64,000 nt of DNA, from positions 5,266,625-5,330,624 of the forward strand of contig OW818688.1 in assembly GCA_942493265.1 (NCBI GenBank), written 5' to 3'. Below the pieces are notes generated by a model. That model saw only the letters and a list, made by a program, of their open reading frames with translations, searched no databases and was not told the DNA's origin. Position 1 is the stretch's first letter, and every line of letters starts with the position of its first letter. Shown here in pieces: positions 30,638-40,660 of this stretch. The position numbers were made by a program, and so were the translations under genes. This stretch comes from an uncultured Bacteroidota bacterium. Lineage in GTDB: Bacteria; Bacteroidota; Bacteroidia; Bacteroidales; UBA12481.

Positions 30638-32893
30638 TTAACGACGGTCATAGTCCCTGCGCGGGGGTCTGCCTCCACGGTCACCGCCATCACGGCGATC
30701 ACGGCTGTCATGCCCACCCCTGTTGTCATCACGCGGGCCTCTCGGACCACGGTCAAACGGAGCCGGTTCAACATATCCTTCAGGTTTTTCGAGAAGAACT
30801 TTCCTGGACAGGCGGTATTTACCTGATTTCTCATCAATTTCAATGAGTTTAACCTCAATCATCTGACCAACTTTGAGTTCTTCCTCAACAGTTTCCAGAC
30901 GTTTGAATGAAATTTCGGAGATATGCAGTAAACCTTCTTTTCCCGGAAGGATTTCAACGAATGCACCAAATGCAACAATCGAAACCACTTTACCCTGGTA
31001 AATCTGGCCAACTTCAGGAACGGCACAGATGCCCTGGATGATTTCCATGGCAGCTTCAATGGCTTCTTTATCAGGAGCAGCAACTTCGATAAATCCGATA
31101 CCGTCTTTTTCCTCAATGGTTATTATGGTATGGGTACGCAGTTGAATTTCCTGAATGATTTTGCCACCGGTACCGATAACAGCGCCGATCATCTCTTTCG
31201 GGATGGTCATGGTCTGAATTCTCGGAACATGCGGTTTGTAATCTTCGCGCGGCACGGCAATAGTTTCCTTTAATTTATCGAGGATATGCATTCTTCCGCG
31301 ATTGGCCTGAGCCAAAGCTTCCGTAAGGATCTCGTATGATAAACCGTCAACCTTAATGTCCATCTGGCATGCGGTGATACCATCGCGGGTACCGCAAACT
31401 TTAAAGTCCATGTCGCCAAGGTGGTCCTCATCTCCGAGGATATCCGACAATACCTTGTACCTTTTGTCTTTTCCGACAATCAGGCCCATGGCAATACCGG
31501 AAACCGGTTTCTTCATTTTTACTCCGGCATCCATCAGGGCCAGGGTAGCGGCGCAAACCGTTGCCATGGATGAGGAACCGTTCGACTCCAGAATATCTGA
31601 AACTATGCGAATCACATATGGATTATCTTCAACACCCGGAAGCATCGGCTTAATAGCACGGTGAGCCAGGTTACCGTGACCGATTTCCCTGCGGCTGATT
31701 CCGCGAACAGGACGAGCTTCGCCGGTAGAGAATGGCGGGAAATTATAATGAAGAAGGAACCGGTCTTTTCCCTGGTTCAATACTTCATCAACAATTTTCT
31801 CATCGAGTTTGGTTCCGAGGGTAATGGTAGTCAGCGACTGGGTTTCACCCCTGGTAAAAATTGCAGAACCGTGAGCCATCGGCAGATAATCAATCTCGCT
31901 CCAGATCGGGCGGATCTCATCTGTTTTACGGCCATCCAGACGGATGCCTTCATCAAGAAGCATATTACGGGTAGCTTCCTTCATCACATCATGGAAATAC
32001 CGCTTGACCATTGCCTTAACAACGTCGGTAACTTCTTCGCCCAATGAGGTGATATATTCAGCTTCGAGAGCTTCCCAGGCTTCGGCACGTTCATGCTTGG
32101 GCTTCTGAGCTTTGGCAATGTCGTACACTTGCTGGTAGGTAGCAGCGAAAACCCTTGCTTTCAGATCGGCATCATTGGTTTCATGACAATACTCCCTGAC
32201 GCTGTCTTTTCCGAGGTCCTTGCGCATTTCAAGCTGAGCCTGACAATGCCTCTTGATCTCTTCATGACCGAATTTGATAGCTTCAAGCATTTCAGCTTCT
32301 GAAACTTCGAGCATCTCGCCTTCAACCATCATGATATTATCAAAGGTTCCGGCGATAATCACATCCAGGTCGGCACTCTTCAGATCTTCCATGCCGGGAT
32401 TGATAACCATGCGTCCATTGATGCGGGCAACGCGAACTTCACTGATCGGTCCGGCGAACGGAATATCGGTGAGGGCGAAAGCTGCAGAAGCAGCCAATCC
32501 GGCGAGGGCATCGGGAGGACAGGTTACATCACCTGATAAAAGGCTCAGGCTTACAAAAACTTCAGCATGATAATCATCCGGAAAGAGCGGGCGCAGAGCA
32601 CGGTCAACCAGACGTGAAACCAGGATCTCGTTATCATTCGGACGGGCTTCCCTTTTCATGAAACCGCCCGGAAAACGGCCTGCAGCAGCAAATTTTTCTT
32701 TATATTCTACACTAAGTGGCATGAAGTCGACACCTTCTTTTGCCGTTTTGGAGGCACACACTGCCGCCAGGATCATGGTTTTCCCCATGGTCACCACCAC
32801 AGAACCGTCGGCTTGTTTGGCCAATTTACCGGTTTCAATGGTTATCGTCCGCCCATCATTCAATGTGATGGTCTTCTGATATGCTTGATACAT
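30638..32893 (-). CDS. pnp: Polyribonucleotide nucleotidyltransferase (PNPase)
   Basis: Two RNase PH domains ([26 protein letters not shown]), KH and S1 domains, R/G/D-rich tail. Confidence 0.97.
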   Translation of the reverse strand: MYQAYQKTITLNDGRTITIETGKLAKQADGSVVVTMGKTMILAAVCASKTAKEGVDFMPLSVEYKEKFAAAGRFPGGFMKREARPNDNEILVSRLVDRALRPLFPDDYHAEVFVSLSLLSGDVTCPPDALAGLAASAAFALTDIPFAGPISEVRVARINGRMVINPGMEDLKSADLDVIIAGTFDNIMMVEGEMLEVSEAEMLEAIKFGHEEIKRHCQAQLEMRKDLGKDSVREYCHETNDADLKARVFAATYQQVYDIAKAQKPKHERAEAWEALEAEYITSLGEEVTDVVKAMVKRYFHDVMKEATRNMLLDEGIRLDGRKTDEIRPIWSEIDYLPMAHGSAIFTRGETQSLTTITLGTKLDEKIVDEVLNQGKDRFLLHYNFPPFSTGEARPVRGISRREIGHGNLAHRAIKPMLPGVEDNPYVIRIVSDILESNGSSSMATVCAATLALMDAGVKMKKPVSGIAMGLIVGKDKRYKVLSDILGDEDHLGDMDFKVCGTRDGITACQMDIKVDGLSYEILTEALAQANRGRMHILDKLKETIAVPREDYKPHVPRIQTMTIPKEMIGAVIGTGGKIIQEIQLRTHTIITIEEKDGIGFIEVAAPDKEAIEAAMEIIQGICAVPEVGQIYQGKVVSIVAFGAFVEILPGKEGLLHISEISFKRLETVEEELKVGQMIEVKLIEIDEKSGKYRLSRKVLLEKPEGYVEPAPFDRGPRGPRDDNRGGHDSRDRRDGGDRGGRPPRRDYDRR

Positions 32894-32919
32894 GTTATAA
32901 AATCGGATTAAATGAGAAG

Positions 32920-32950
32920 AAAAAAAGGCAATTATGAAATTGCCTTTTTT
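32920..32950 (-). terminator. Terminator-like hairpin between rpsO and pnp
   Basis: AAAAAAGGCAATT-ATGA-AATTGCCTTTTTT. Confidence 0.8.
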
Positions 32951-32959
32951 CTTGATGGG

Positions 32960-33229
32960 TTATTTACGTAAATTCAATTCTTTAATAATCGCCCGGTAAC
33001 GCGCTATGTCCCGGTCTTTTAGGTAGTTTAGCAACCTTCTGCGTTTACCAACTAATCTGATCAGTGATCTCTGGGTACTGAAGTCCTTGCGGTTTTTCTT
33101 CAAATGACCCGTCAGGTGAGATATACGGTATGAGAATAAGGCAACCTGTCCCTCTGGTGAACCGGTGTCTGTATTGGACTTCCCGTACTTCTCGAAAAAT
33201 TCTTGTTTCTTTTCTGCCGTTAAGTACAT
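32960..33229 (-). CDS. rpsO: 30S ribosomal protein S15
   Basis: DTGSPEGQVAL...HLKKNRKDFSTQRSL...GKRRRLLNYL. Confidence 0.97.
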   Translation of the reverse strand: MYLTAEKKQEFFEKYGKSNTDTGSPEGQVALFSYRISHLTGHLKKNRKDFSTQRSLIRLVGKRRRLLNYLKDRDIARYRAIIKELNLRK

Positions 33230-33267
33230 CTTTGCTAAAATTTTACAGTTGTCTATAAATTAACGCG

Positions 33268-33275
33268 CAAAAATA
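33268..33275 (-). promoter_or_regulatory. -7 promoter box (TATTTTTG) for rpsO
   Basis: TAnnTTTG 39 bp upstream of the start. Confidence 0.65.
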
Positions 33276-33303
33276 CAAAAAACTTTTGAGAAAACAATTC
33301 CTG

Positions 33304-33987
33304 CTAATATATATAAGTGAATTCCCCGAAGTAGGCCGACATTTCAGGGGATCCCCGCAATAGAAATTTAACCTCATGCTTGCCTTTTTCGCGGAGCGGG
33401 AACAGCGAAAATGCCAGCCAGCGCTGGATATACGCTTCGCACATATCTCCATGGTCTTCATGCGAAAGGGCAAGTTCAACCGGTGGGGGATCCAGGGCAT
33501 TCGCCGGAAGTTTCCACAGATTAAAATCATGATCCTTGCATCCTCCGCTGTACCCTACATGCATCATCAGCCAGTCGCCGTCAACATAAGCTGAATCCAG
33601 CCGGAAGGGATCCATGGTATACTTATCCCATTCATCCTCAGTTAAGAACCCTACCTCCTTACCATTTTTTCTTATTTCTGTAATCCTGATGGATTGATAA
33701 ATCATGCCACCCCGTCCACAACGGAACTCTTCAGGATCAGTACGGTATTTAATCAGGACCGGCAAATCACTGATTTCAAAATCCATAGTGAGATTCAGCG
33801 GGTGATAATACACCGAACCAATCTGGATGACCCATCCGCACCCGTCAACCTGCGGTGATCCAAGATCAACAACGGTTCCTCTGGTAAAACCATATTCGCA
33901 ATTTTCATCCTGCTCCTGCATACAGGATGCAAAAAGCACGACCGCAACCAGCAGTATTGATGCAATGAGAAAGTTCCTGTTTTTCAT
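33304..33987 (-). CDS. Two-domain Cys-containing lipoprotein of unknown function
   Basis: Lipobox FASC; GCGWVI domain, then a YSGGCKDH...DMCEAYI domain. Confidence 0.7.
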   Translation of the reverse strand: MKNRNFLIASILLVAVVLFASCMQEQDENCEYGFTRGTVVDLGSPQVDGCGWVIQIGSVYYHPLNLTMDFEISDLPVLIKYRTDPEEFRCGRGGMIYQSIRITEIRKNGKEVGFLTEDEWDKYTMDPFRLDSAYVDGDWLMMHVGYSGGCKDHDFNLWKLPANALDPPPVELALSHEDHGDMCEAYIQRWLAFSLFPLREKGKHEVKFLLRGSPEMSAYFGEFTYIY

Positions 33988-34018
33988 TGTAAAGTTTTAA
34001 GGTTATAAACACCGGCCG

Positions 34019-34507
34019 TCACATCCACCAGCCTTCCGGCCGGGTTACACAGAATTCTCCTTCCGGTTCCTTCTTCAGATCGAGGTCGAAACTCAGCTGC
34101 GGCCAGGTATAATCAATTTTCGACTCCACTACCCTTACATGGTAAGTACCGGCAGGCAAGTTGCGAACCAGGATATCAAGATTGAATAAACAGTTGCACT
34201 TGCATCCGTGTTTGGCATCCTCTTCGCGGATAATCAGGCTGTCGCCTTTAACTTCGATATCCATCACGAAGCTTTCCGGACAACAGTTGAAACCTGCATT
34301 GAAATGCATCAGGGTAAGCAGACTATCCCCATCATAACTGTATTTAATGCAGGATTGTTCAGGCACGGGATCACCTGTTTTCAAAAGGCCGTTCGATTTA
34401 CAAATCATATCCGAGGATACGGATATGGACAAAGGCCCCATGTTATCCTGTCGCTCGCAGGCCACAAACAACCCGCAAACCAATACCACAAACATTAATC
34501 TTTTCAT
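34019..34507 (-). CDS. 8-Cys lipoprotein (paralog of 35894-36385)
   Basis: Lipobox FVAC; NAGFNCCPE, CKCNCLFNLD and EGEFCVTR. Confidence 0.75.
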   Translation of the reverse strand: MKRLMFVVLVCGLFVACERQDNMGPLSISVSSDMICKSNGLLKTGDPVPEQSCIKYSYDGDSLLTLMHFNAGFNCCPESFVMDIEVKGDSLIIREEDAKHGCKCNCLFNLDILVRNLPAGTYHVRVVESKIDYTWPQLSFDLDLKKEPEGEFCVTRPEGWWM

Positions 34508-34515
34508 CTTATCCG

Positions 34516-34587
34516 TTCTTAACATTCTTTACCTTCTTAACCCCCTTAACTTCCTTAACTCCCTTAACTCCCTTAACATCCTTAACC
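34516..34587. repeat. 9-mer tandem array (YYCTTWACH x8)
   Basis: TTCTTAACA TTCTTTACC TTCTTAACC CCCTTAACT TCCTTAACT CCCTTAACT CCCTTAACA TCCTTAACC. Confidence 0.9.
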
Positions 34588-34610
34588 CTCTGTGCGTTCC
34601 GGATGGTTTT

Positions 34611-34636
34611 TAGGGGCGACCTCAGGTCGCCCCTAC
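34611..34636 (-). repeat. GTAG-type REP palindrome
   Basis: Minus strand GTAGGGGCGACC-TGA-GGTCGCCCCTA, 11-bp perfect stem; 22/23 identical to 58077-58099. Confidence 0.75.
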
Positions 34637-34647
34637 GGGATCGTACG

Positions 34648-35865
34648 TTATTTTGTTGTCATCAACCGGCCGACGAACAAAATTGCTCCGGTCGATTTTT
34701 CGGCAATTGCAAACAGAAATGGTTTGTTAAAGGTGATGAAATTTCCGATAGATGTGACCCCTACCTCCACGGAGGTTACCGCTGCAGCTTCAGTTCCCTC
34801 CTCATTCACTTCGATAAAGGTTTTATGCTTAACATCGGTGATCAGCAAACCTCCTTGCGGAAGGATGCCGGTAAAATCAGCCAGGTCCGTAAAGGCCACC
34901 TCCATCCCCATAGTGGCCAGTGCATTGGACAAACTCTCCTTATAGGAAAAGGTAAATTTCGGAAGTGAAAACTCCACATCCTGACTATTGTGATATTGAG
35001 TCAGCCAGCTATTCCAGTTGCCGGCTGTCAGCATACTTTCCACATCGGCAACCGTTTTTCCGGTTTCAGGGAGAAAGAGGAACATTTTCCAGTTACCTTT
35101 TCCATAAGGCAGCTCCACGGAAGTAAAGGTTTCATTGGCAAACATGTTCAGGTCCATTTTCTGATGCATCATGTCGACCTGCTCCACGGTGCCATTTTCC
35201 AGATAGAACGGACTCTCACTGGTTTTCTTTTTATCAAACTCATTTGTCCATACGCCCTTGAAATACACAGCATTGATGAGAAACATAAAGGATTCCGGAT
35301 TGATCTGATCCACGATTTCCGTGATCCTGTCATTCGTTTTATCAGCCACCCAGTTATTGATCAGATCCTTGCAGCCATCTGCATTAAAGTCCACCGGCCT
35401 CACTTCAGCATCATAATAAGTCTGGTTACGCGAGATGAAATCAGGCAGAACGGTAAATTCCTGACGGTACCAGATAGAATTTGCAACTGAAATGGTTACT
35501 TTCTCATCATGAGCAACCAATGCTGTGATGAGAGCCTTGTTCAGTTCATTCAATTCGTCGCGGTCATAACCCGAAATCCGAAGCGCCTCCTCCATGGCAG
35601 TTTTGGTTTCGCCGTTGGCCCCGTTATAGGTCATGGATAATGCCTGCGATACGCTTAAAGGCGAAATCATCAGGTTGGCACCCGGTACTGCGGCATCTGC
35701 GAGCCGGGTGTACAGATCGAATCCGAAAGTATTGTCAGCCGTTATTACACCAGCTGTCTTCTCTGGAAGATTCAATGGTTTCGGCTCATAATTATTATCC
35801 TTTGAGCAGGATGCGAATACCACCGCTATGGTCAGCAGATAAAAAACTCTTCCTTTAATTTTCAT
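34648..35865 (-). CDS. Serpin-family protease inhibitor, lipoprotein
   Basis: Lipobox FASC; NLMISPLS, LINAVYFKGVW, HKTFIEVNEEGTEAAAVT hinge and FNKPFLFAI. Confidence 0.93.
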   Translation of the reverse strand: MKIKGRVFYLLTIAVVFASCSKDNNYEPKPLNLPEKTAGVITADNTFGFDLYTRLADAAVPGANLMISPLSVSQALSMTYNGANGETKTAMEEALRISGYDRDELNELNKALITALVAHDEKVTISVANSIWYRQEFTVLPDFISRNQTYYDAEVRPVDFNADGCKDLINNWVADKTNDRITEIVDQINPESFMFLINAVYFKGVWTNEFDKKKTSESPFYLENGTVEQVDMMHQKMDLNMFANETFTSVELPYGKGNWKMFLFLPETGKTVADVESMLTAGNWNSWLTQYHNSQDVEFSLPKFTFSYKESLSNALATMGMEVAFTDLADFTGILPQGGLLITDVKHKTFIEVNEEGTEAAAVTSVEVGVTSIGNFITFNKPFLFAIAEKSTGAILFVGRLMTTK

Positions 35866-35893
35866 TTTTATATTTTTAATATATAACAACTTA

Positions 35894-36385
35894 TCACCTC
35901 CATGGATACCCGGTACGGGTAACGCAAAATTCTCCTTCAACGATTTTTTTGAAGTTGGTAATGAACAGGATCTTCTCCTCGCCCGCCTGTTGAACATAGG
36001 GCTCCACAACCTTGATATACCAGGTTTCCCGGGTGATACCGGTGAGAGTGTAGTCCAGGTCGAACAGACAGTTGCAGTCGCACAGACTGGAATTCTCCGA
36101 TTCTGATATAATCAGTGTATCTCCGCTAACCTGAAGGGCTACCCGGAAACCCTCAGGACAGCAATTAAATCCGGCATTAACGTGTTTGATAATTAAGGTA
36201 TCACCGTCCAGCCATTTGTATTGAATACAATCCTGATCGGACGAATGGGCTGCACCCGCTTTCAGGCTGATATCCTTACAATTGGTGTTGCCTGTGAGCT
36301 CAACCGAGGGCACGATTTTCCCTTCCCGGTCGCAGCCGGCAATCACGATCATAATAATGAACAGCCACTGATAAAAGGTTTTCAT
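35894..36385 (-). CDS. 8-Cys lipoprotein (paralog of 34019-34507)
   Basis: Lipobox IAGC; NAGFNCCPE, CDCNCLFDLD and EGEFCVTR. Confidence 0.75.
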   Translation of the reverse strand: MKTFYQWLFIIMIVIAGCDREGKIVPSVELTGNTNCKDISLKAGAAHSSDQDCIQYKWLDGDTLIIKHVNAGFNCCPEGFRVALQVSGDTLIISESENSSLCDCNCLFDLDYTLTGITRETWYIKVVEPYVQQAGEEKILFITNFKKIVEGEFCVTRTGYPWR

Positions 36386-36421
36386 ACACAGAACGATTAA
36401 AACGCCCGGGGGGACGCGCGT

Positions 36422-37333
36422 TTAAACAGAGTATTCAACAAGCAAATTTCGTACCACGGCTAAGCCCTCATTTAAATTCCGCGGCGAATAATCCAGTTCA
36501 TCGATCGATTTATCCAGAACAAATCCGGTTGATACAGGGCGACGGCCGGGCTGGTTCAGGGAATCGGAATGAATGGGGAAAATCAGGGACTCATCCAGGT
36601 CGAAAAAACGGGCAATGCGGATGGCAAAATCAAGAACGGAGGTCATTTCCAGTCCGGATAAATTATATAGCCCGGTTTTCTCCCTGCCGGCAATCCGGAG
36701 GATCCCCTCCGCGAGGTCATCTACCAGAGTCGGCATGCGAAACTGATCGTCGACCACCCGGATCGGTTTGCGGCTGGTGAGCGAATCACGAACCCAGGTT
36801 ACCAGATTGGTTCGGTTCATGGCAGGTGTAATTCCATACACCAGGATAGTTCGTACAATGGACCATGGAACCTTCAGTGACCGGGTGATAAATTCGCCCT
36901 GCAGTTTCGACCAACCGTATGCACTGACCGGGTTAGGCTGATCATCCTCAGTATAGGGGCCGCTCTGTCCGTCGAATACAAAATCAGTGGACAGATAAAT
37001 AAAGCGCGCGCCCGATTCTTCTGCAGCCTTTGCTACCAAACGGGTTCCTTCAATATTAACCTTATCGCACAAATCCGGATTCAATTCACAGGGATCCACC
37101 TGAGTCATTGCAGCACAATGAATTACGACATCCGGCTTAAACCGGTCAAAATTTGTTTTCACCTGTCCGGCAGCGGTGATATCCATCTGCGAGAATTGTT
37201 CCGGGTCCAGATTCCTGATCTTGCAGGCCGAAGCAGAAGTAGCCATCAGTTCATATCCCGGCAGGGTCATAATCTGATTGACCAGGGTTTGGCCGACCAG
37301 ACCGTTGGCTCCGGTGATCAAAATTTTTACCAT
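36422..37333 (-). CDS. dTDP-4-dehydrorhamnose reductase (RmlD/RfbD)-family SDR
   Basis: ITGANGLVG, HCAAMTQVD, STDFVFDG, YGWSK and VDDQFRMPT. Confidence 0.85.
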   Translation of the reverse strand: MVKILITGANGLVGQTLVNQIMTLPGYELMATSASACKIRNLDPEQFSQMDITAAGQVKTNFDRFKPDVVIHCAAMTQVDPCELNPDLCDKVNIEGTRLVAKAAEESGARFIYLSTDFVFDGQSGPYTEDDQPNPVSAYGWSKLQGEFITRSLKVPWSIVRTILVYGITPAMNRTNLVTWVRDSLTSRKPIRVVDDQFRMPTLVDDLAEGILRIAGREKTGLYNLSGLEMTSVLDFAIRIARFFDLDESLIFPIHSDSLNQPGRRPVSTGFVLDKSIDELDYSPRNLNEGLAVVRNLLVEYSV

Positions 37334-37357
37334 ACAGTAAAGGTATGGAAAAAGCCG

Positions 37358-38629
37358 CTACCTTCCCTTGCCCCGGATCAGGAATTGACCAATATGACAG
37401 GAAAGGCAATGCCGGTGATGGCAGTAATTTCCATACAGATGAAGGAAGGCCTGGGAATAGAAGGCATTGGGAATCCGGTATCCATATCCGCTCCAAACAC
37501 GGGTAATCCGGTTATTTTCAGGTGACAGTAATTCAAGCTGTTCCATCCATTTCTCCCAGGCACCGGAATCACCGTTACGATTATCATAGCTGGCCCGGAA
37601 TGGCAATACTGCATTGATCATGAACAGGTTGATGGTTTCGGTTCCAAATCCCGCGTATCGGCCCGCCCATTTTTTACCGAAATCATAATGAAGCTTCCAG
37701 TATGCTGAAACCGGACAATCAAATTTCAGATGATGATCCATCACGGAACCATTCAGTACCAATTCCAGCCGGTCAGGGTTTCCCGCCAGAAAGGCCGCCA
37801 GCTGGGCAATCCGGACCGTTGGAAAATTTGACGGTCGCATTCTCAAAAACTTCCACCCGGGGTTCGCCAAGGGCACCATGTTGAATTTTTGCTTTACAAA
37901 AGAGTACTCCACCATCAGTGCACGTGAATAGGGATCGGGTTTCTGATCTGGAATCAGGCCGGCCTGACCATAGAGAATCGCCTCCAGCCGGAATAAATTC
38001 GAGCCGGTGGAGCGTATGGCTGCTATCGGTATGGATTGCCCGAGCCTGTCGAAAGAATCCTGATTGATACCAAAACCGAACGACCGGGTGACCATCTGAA
38101 TCCAGGTCTCCTCCCAGCCTCCCTTATTACGGGCGAGCCGGCTGAATACCTCGGTGGATTTCGACTGCATGCGTTCGATACCCATGTTAACGATCCAGTT
38201 TTCAACCTCTGCAGAATCCAGTTTTTTCCACGATGTTTCGCAAGGCACAACCGATAAGGCTGAAAGTATCTGATGATAATTATCCAGATAAGATGGCTTG
38301 ACGGGCATAACCACCATTGGGATACTATCCCCGTTCATCCGGGTAACCGTGCAATCGGCTTCATATACCACATGCAGGATCACCGGTTCATAAGCAGTAT
38401 CTTCATTATGGTTGTGGCGGTACCAGTCGGAAGCTTTCACATGGATCTCCACATGGCCGGCCCACACCGCCTCACCGATCCGGATCCGCGCCATCAGGAA
38501 ATCAGGCCCTGCATCGGTATTGAGCTGTCCGGGTGTAAGAACTTCAACCCGATGGTGTTCGGGCGTAAATAGTTTATCTGCCGGAAACAATCCATATTTC
38601 CAGAGATATTGGAGAAAATCTTCCTGCAT
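37358..38629 (-). CDS. DUF2851-family protein
   Basis: MQEDFLQYLW, NTDAGPDF, GHVEIH, WYRHNH, LRMRPSNFPTVR and C-terminal C-x4-C-x2-C-x-IG. Confidence 0.78.
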   Translation of the reverse strand: MQEDFLQYLWKYGLFPADKLFTPEHHRVEVLTPGQLNTDAGPDFLMARIRIGEAVWAGHVEIHVKASDWYRHNHNEDTAYEPVILHVVYEADCTVTRMNGDSIPMVVMPVKPSYLDNYHQILSALSVVPCETSWKKLDSAEVENWIVNMGIERMQSKSTEVFSRLARNKGGWEETWIQMVTRSFGFGINQDSFDRLGQSIPIAAIRSTGSNLFRLEAILYGQAGLIPDQKPDPYSRALMVEYSFVKQKFNMVPLANPGWKFLRMRPSNFPTVRIAQLAAFLAGNPDRLELVLNGSVMDHHLKFDCPVSAYWKLHYDFGKKWAGRYAGFGTETINLFMINAVLPFRASYDNRNGDSGAWEKWMEQLELLSPENNRITRVWSGYGYRIPNAFYSQAFLHLYGNYCHHRHCLSCHIGQFLIRGKGR

Positions 38630-38694
38630 CTGAATAGGTTTTCAGATATAGATGCAGAAATGAAGTGCGACTGGAATTTTTTGGGCCTCTTTTT

Positions 38695-39501
38695 TTAAAG
38701 CCTGAAATCTGCAACCATCTTTTCGGCAGCTTCGCGAGCCTTTTCGGCAAAATCGTGACCAGCACCGGCATACAGGATACCACGGGAATTATTGATCAGC
38801 AAACCGCCTTTTGAGGATTTACCGTTATCTAAAACCATATCCAGTGATCCTCCCTGGGCACCGATTCCGGGGACCAAAAGAAAGTGATCAGGTGCTATCC
38901 GGCGAATATTCCTGAAATATTCAGGACGTGTGGCTCCAACCACAAACATGAGGTTATCGGTTGTGCCCCAGGTAACTGCCTTCATCAGCACATGTTCGTA
39001 TAATGGCTGATCCTGGTTGACATTCAGGAACTGAAAATCGTCGGCGCCCGGATTTGAGGTCAGGGCAAGCACGATGGCCCACTTGCCCGGATATTGCAGG
39101 AACGGCTCAACCGAATCCCTTCCCATATAGGGCGAAAGGGTAATGGCATCAAAATCATAATGGATAAAAAATGCCTTTGCATATTGCTCCGCAGTATTCC
39201 CGATATCTCCTCGTTTGGCATCTGCAATGATAAACAGGTTCGGATCTTTGGAGCGGATATAATCCACCGTCATTTCCAGCTGACTCATCCCCTCGTTTCC
39301 CAAAGATTCATAAAATGCAAGATTCGGCTTGTAAGCCACTGCCAGATCCGCAGTTGCATCAATAATCGCCTTGTTAAAAGCGAAAACGGGATTAGCTTCG
39401 CGATGCAGATGGGCAGGAATTTTCGACAAGTCGATATCCAGGCCTACGCAAAGGAAGGACTTCTTTTTCCTGATCTCCAGGTTCAGCTCTGAGGATGTCA
39501 T
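38695..39501 (-). CDS. pyrF: Orotidine-5'-phosphate decarboxylase
   Basis: LCVGLD, YKPNLAFYE, IADAKRGDIGNT and LVPGIGAQGG. Confidence 0.95.
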   Translation of the reverse strand: MTSSELNLEIRKKKSFLCVGLDIDLSKIPAHLHREANPVFAFNKAIIDATADLAVAYKPNLAFYESLGNEGMSQLEMTVDYIRSKDPNLFIIADAKRGDIGNTAEQYAKAFFIHYDFDAITLSPYMGRDSVEPFLQYPGKWAIVLALTSNPGADDFQFLNVNQDQPLYEHVLMKAVTWGTTDNLMFVVGATRPEYFRNIRRIAPDHFLLVPGIGAQGGSLDMVLDNGKSSKGGLLINNSRGILYAGAGHDFAEKAREAAEKMVADFRL

Positions 39502-40580
39502 TAGCGTATTGTATCAGCAGTTTTCAGGCGTTCAGCATTTTCAGCTATCTGCAATTTATCAATAATTTCCTGGATTTCACCATTCATGATTACCGGAAGG
39601 TTGTACATGGTAAGTGATATGCGGTGGTCGGTCATACGGCCCTGCGGATAATTATAGGTCCGGATTTTAGCCGAACGGTCACCGGTACTGACCATGGTTT
39701 TTCTTCTCGAGGAAATTTCATCCATATATTTCTGATACTCCATATTGTACAGACGGGTACGGAGTTCAATCATGGCTTTGTCCTTATTTTTAATCTGCGA
39801 CTTCTGGTCCTGGCAGGTTACCACAATACCTGATGGCATATGGGTAAGCCGGATGGCAGAATAGGTGGTGTTCACGGATTGTCCGCCCGGACCGGATGAA
39901 CAATAGGTATCCACACGAATATCGGAGGGAAGCAGTTCAACGTCAAACTCTTCCGCCTCGGGCAATACTGCCACCGTTGCGGCTGATGTATGAATTCTTC
40001 CCTGAGTTTCCGTTTGCGGTACGCGCTGAACCCGATGAACACCGGATTCGTATTTCATGACACCATAAACACCTTCGCCGGTAATGGCAAAAATCACCTC
40101 TTTATAACCACCGTTGGTACCTTCGGTGAAGCTGTTTATGCTGTATTTCCAGCCCTTCATATCACAGAATTTACAGTACATCCGGAACAGATCGCCGGCA
40201 AAAATACTGGCTTCATCTCCACCCGTTCCTGCACGGACCTCCATAATGGCATTTTTGGCATCCTGGGGATCTACCGGCAACAGCAGTACCTTTATCTCCT
40301 CCTCCATTTCCTCCCGCCTCTGGTTCAGGATATCGAGCTCCTCCTTGGCCATTTCACGCATCTCTTCGTCTTTTTCAACGTCGAGAATTTTTTTCGCGGA
40401 ATCAATGTTTTCGGTGACGTTTTTATATTCATTATAGAAAGCCACCACTTTGGTCAGCTCCTTGTATTCTTTATTGAGCTGAACATACCGCTTCATATCA
40501 TTGACCACATCCGGTTCAGTGATCAGTCGCGCTACCTCATCGTAACGGGCGGCTATTCCTTCTAAATTATCTAATAACAT
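39501..40580 (-). CDS. prfA: Peptide chain release factor 1
   Basis: GVHRVQRVPQTE (PxT, RF1 type), GGQ motif and RTYNYPQGR. Confidence 0.97.
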   Translation of the reverse strand: MLLDNLEGIAARYDEVARLITEPDVVNDMKRYVQLNKEYKELTKVVAFYNEYKNVTENIDSAKKILDVEKDEEMREMAKEELDILNQRREEMEEEIKVLLLPVDPQDAKNAIMEVRAGTGGDEASIFAGDLFRMYCKFCDMKGWKYSINSFTEGTNGGYKEVIFAITGEGVYGVMKYESGVHRVQRVPQTETQGRIHTSAATVAVLPEAEEFDVELLPSDIRVDTYCSSGPGGQSVNTTYSAIRLTHMPSGIVVTCQDQKSQIKNKDKAMIELRTRLYNMEYQKYMDEISSRRKTMVSTGDRSAKIRTYNYPQGRMTDHRISLTMYNLPVIMNGEIQEIIDKLQIAENAERLKTADTIR

Positions 40581-40660
40581 ACTATTTGATTGACGATTAA
40601 CTAATTGGTTACTATTTAAAAGATACAGGGTATCAGGTTGATACCGGTTTATCGGAGTAC

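Noticed and set aside
33230-33262. S15 autoregulatory leader RNA
   Set aside because: The leader is only about 30 nt and AT-rich, with no visible pseudoknot or three-way junction.
36399-36426. AAACGC...GCGTTT hairpin after the rfbD-like gene
   Set aside because: A 6-bp stem with a 12-nt loop is too weak to call a terminator.
39501-40580. Programmed frameshift in the release factor gene
   Set aside because: The gene is RF1 (PxT motif) with an uninterrupted ORF. The frameshift is a prfB feature.
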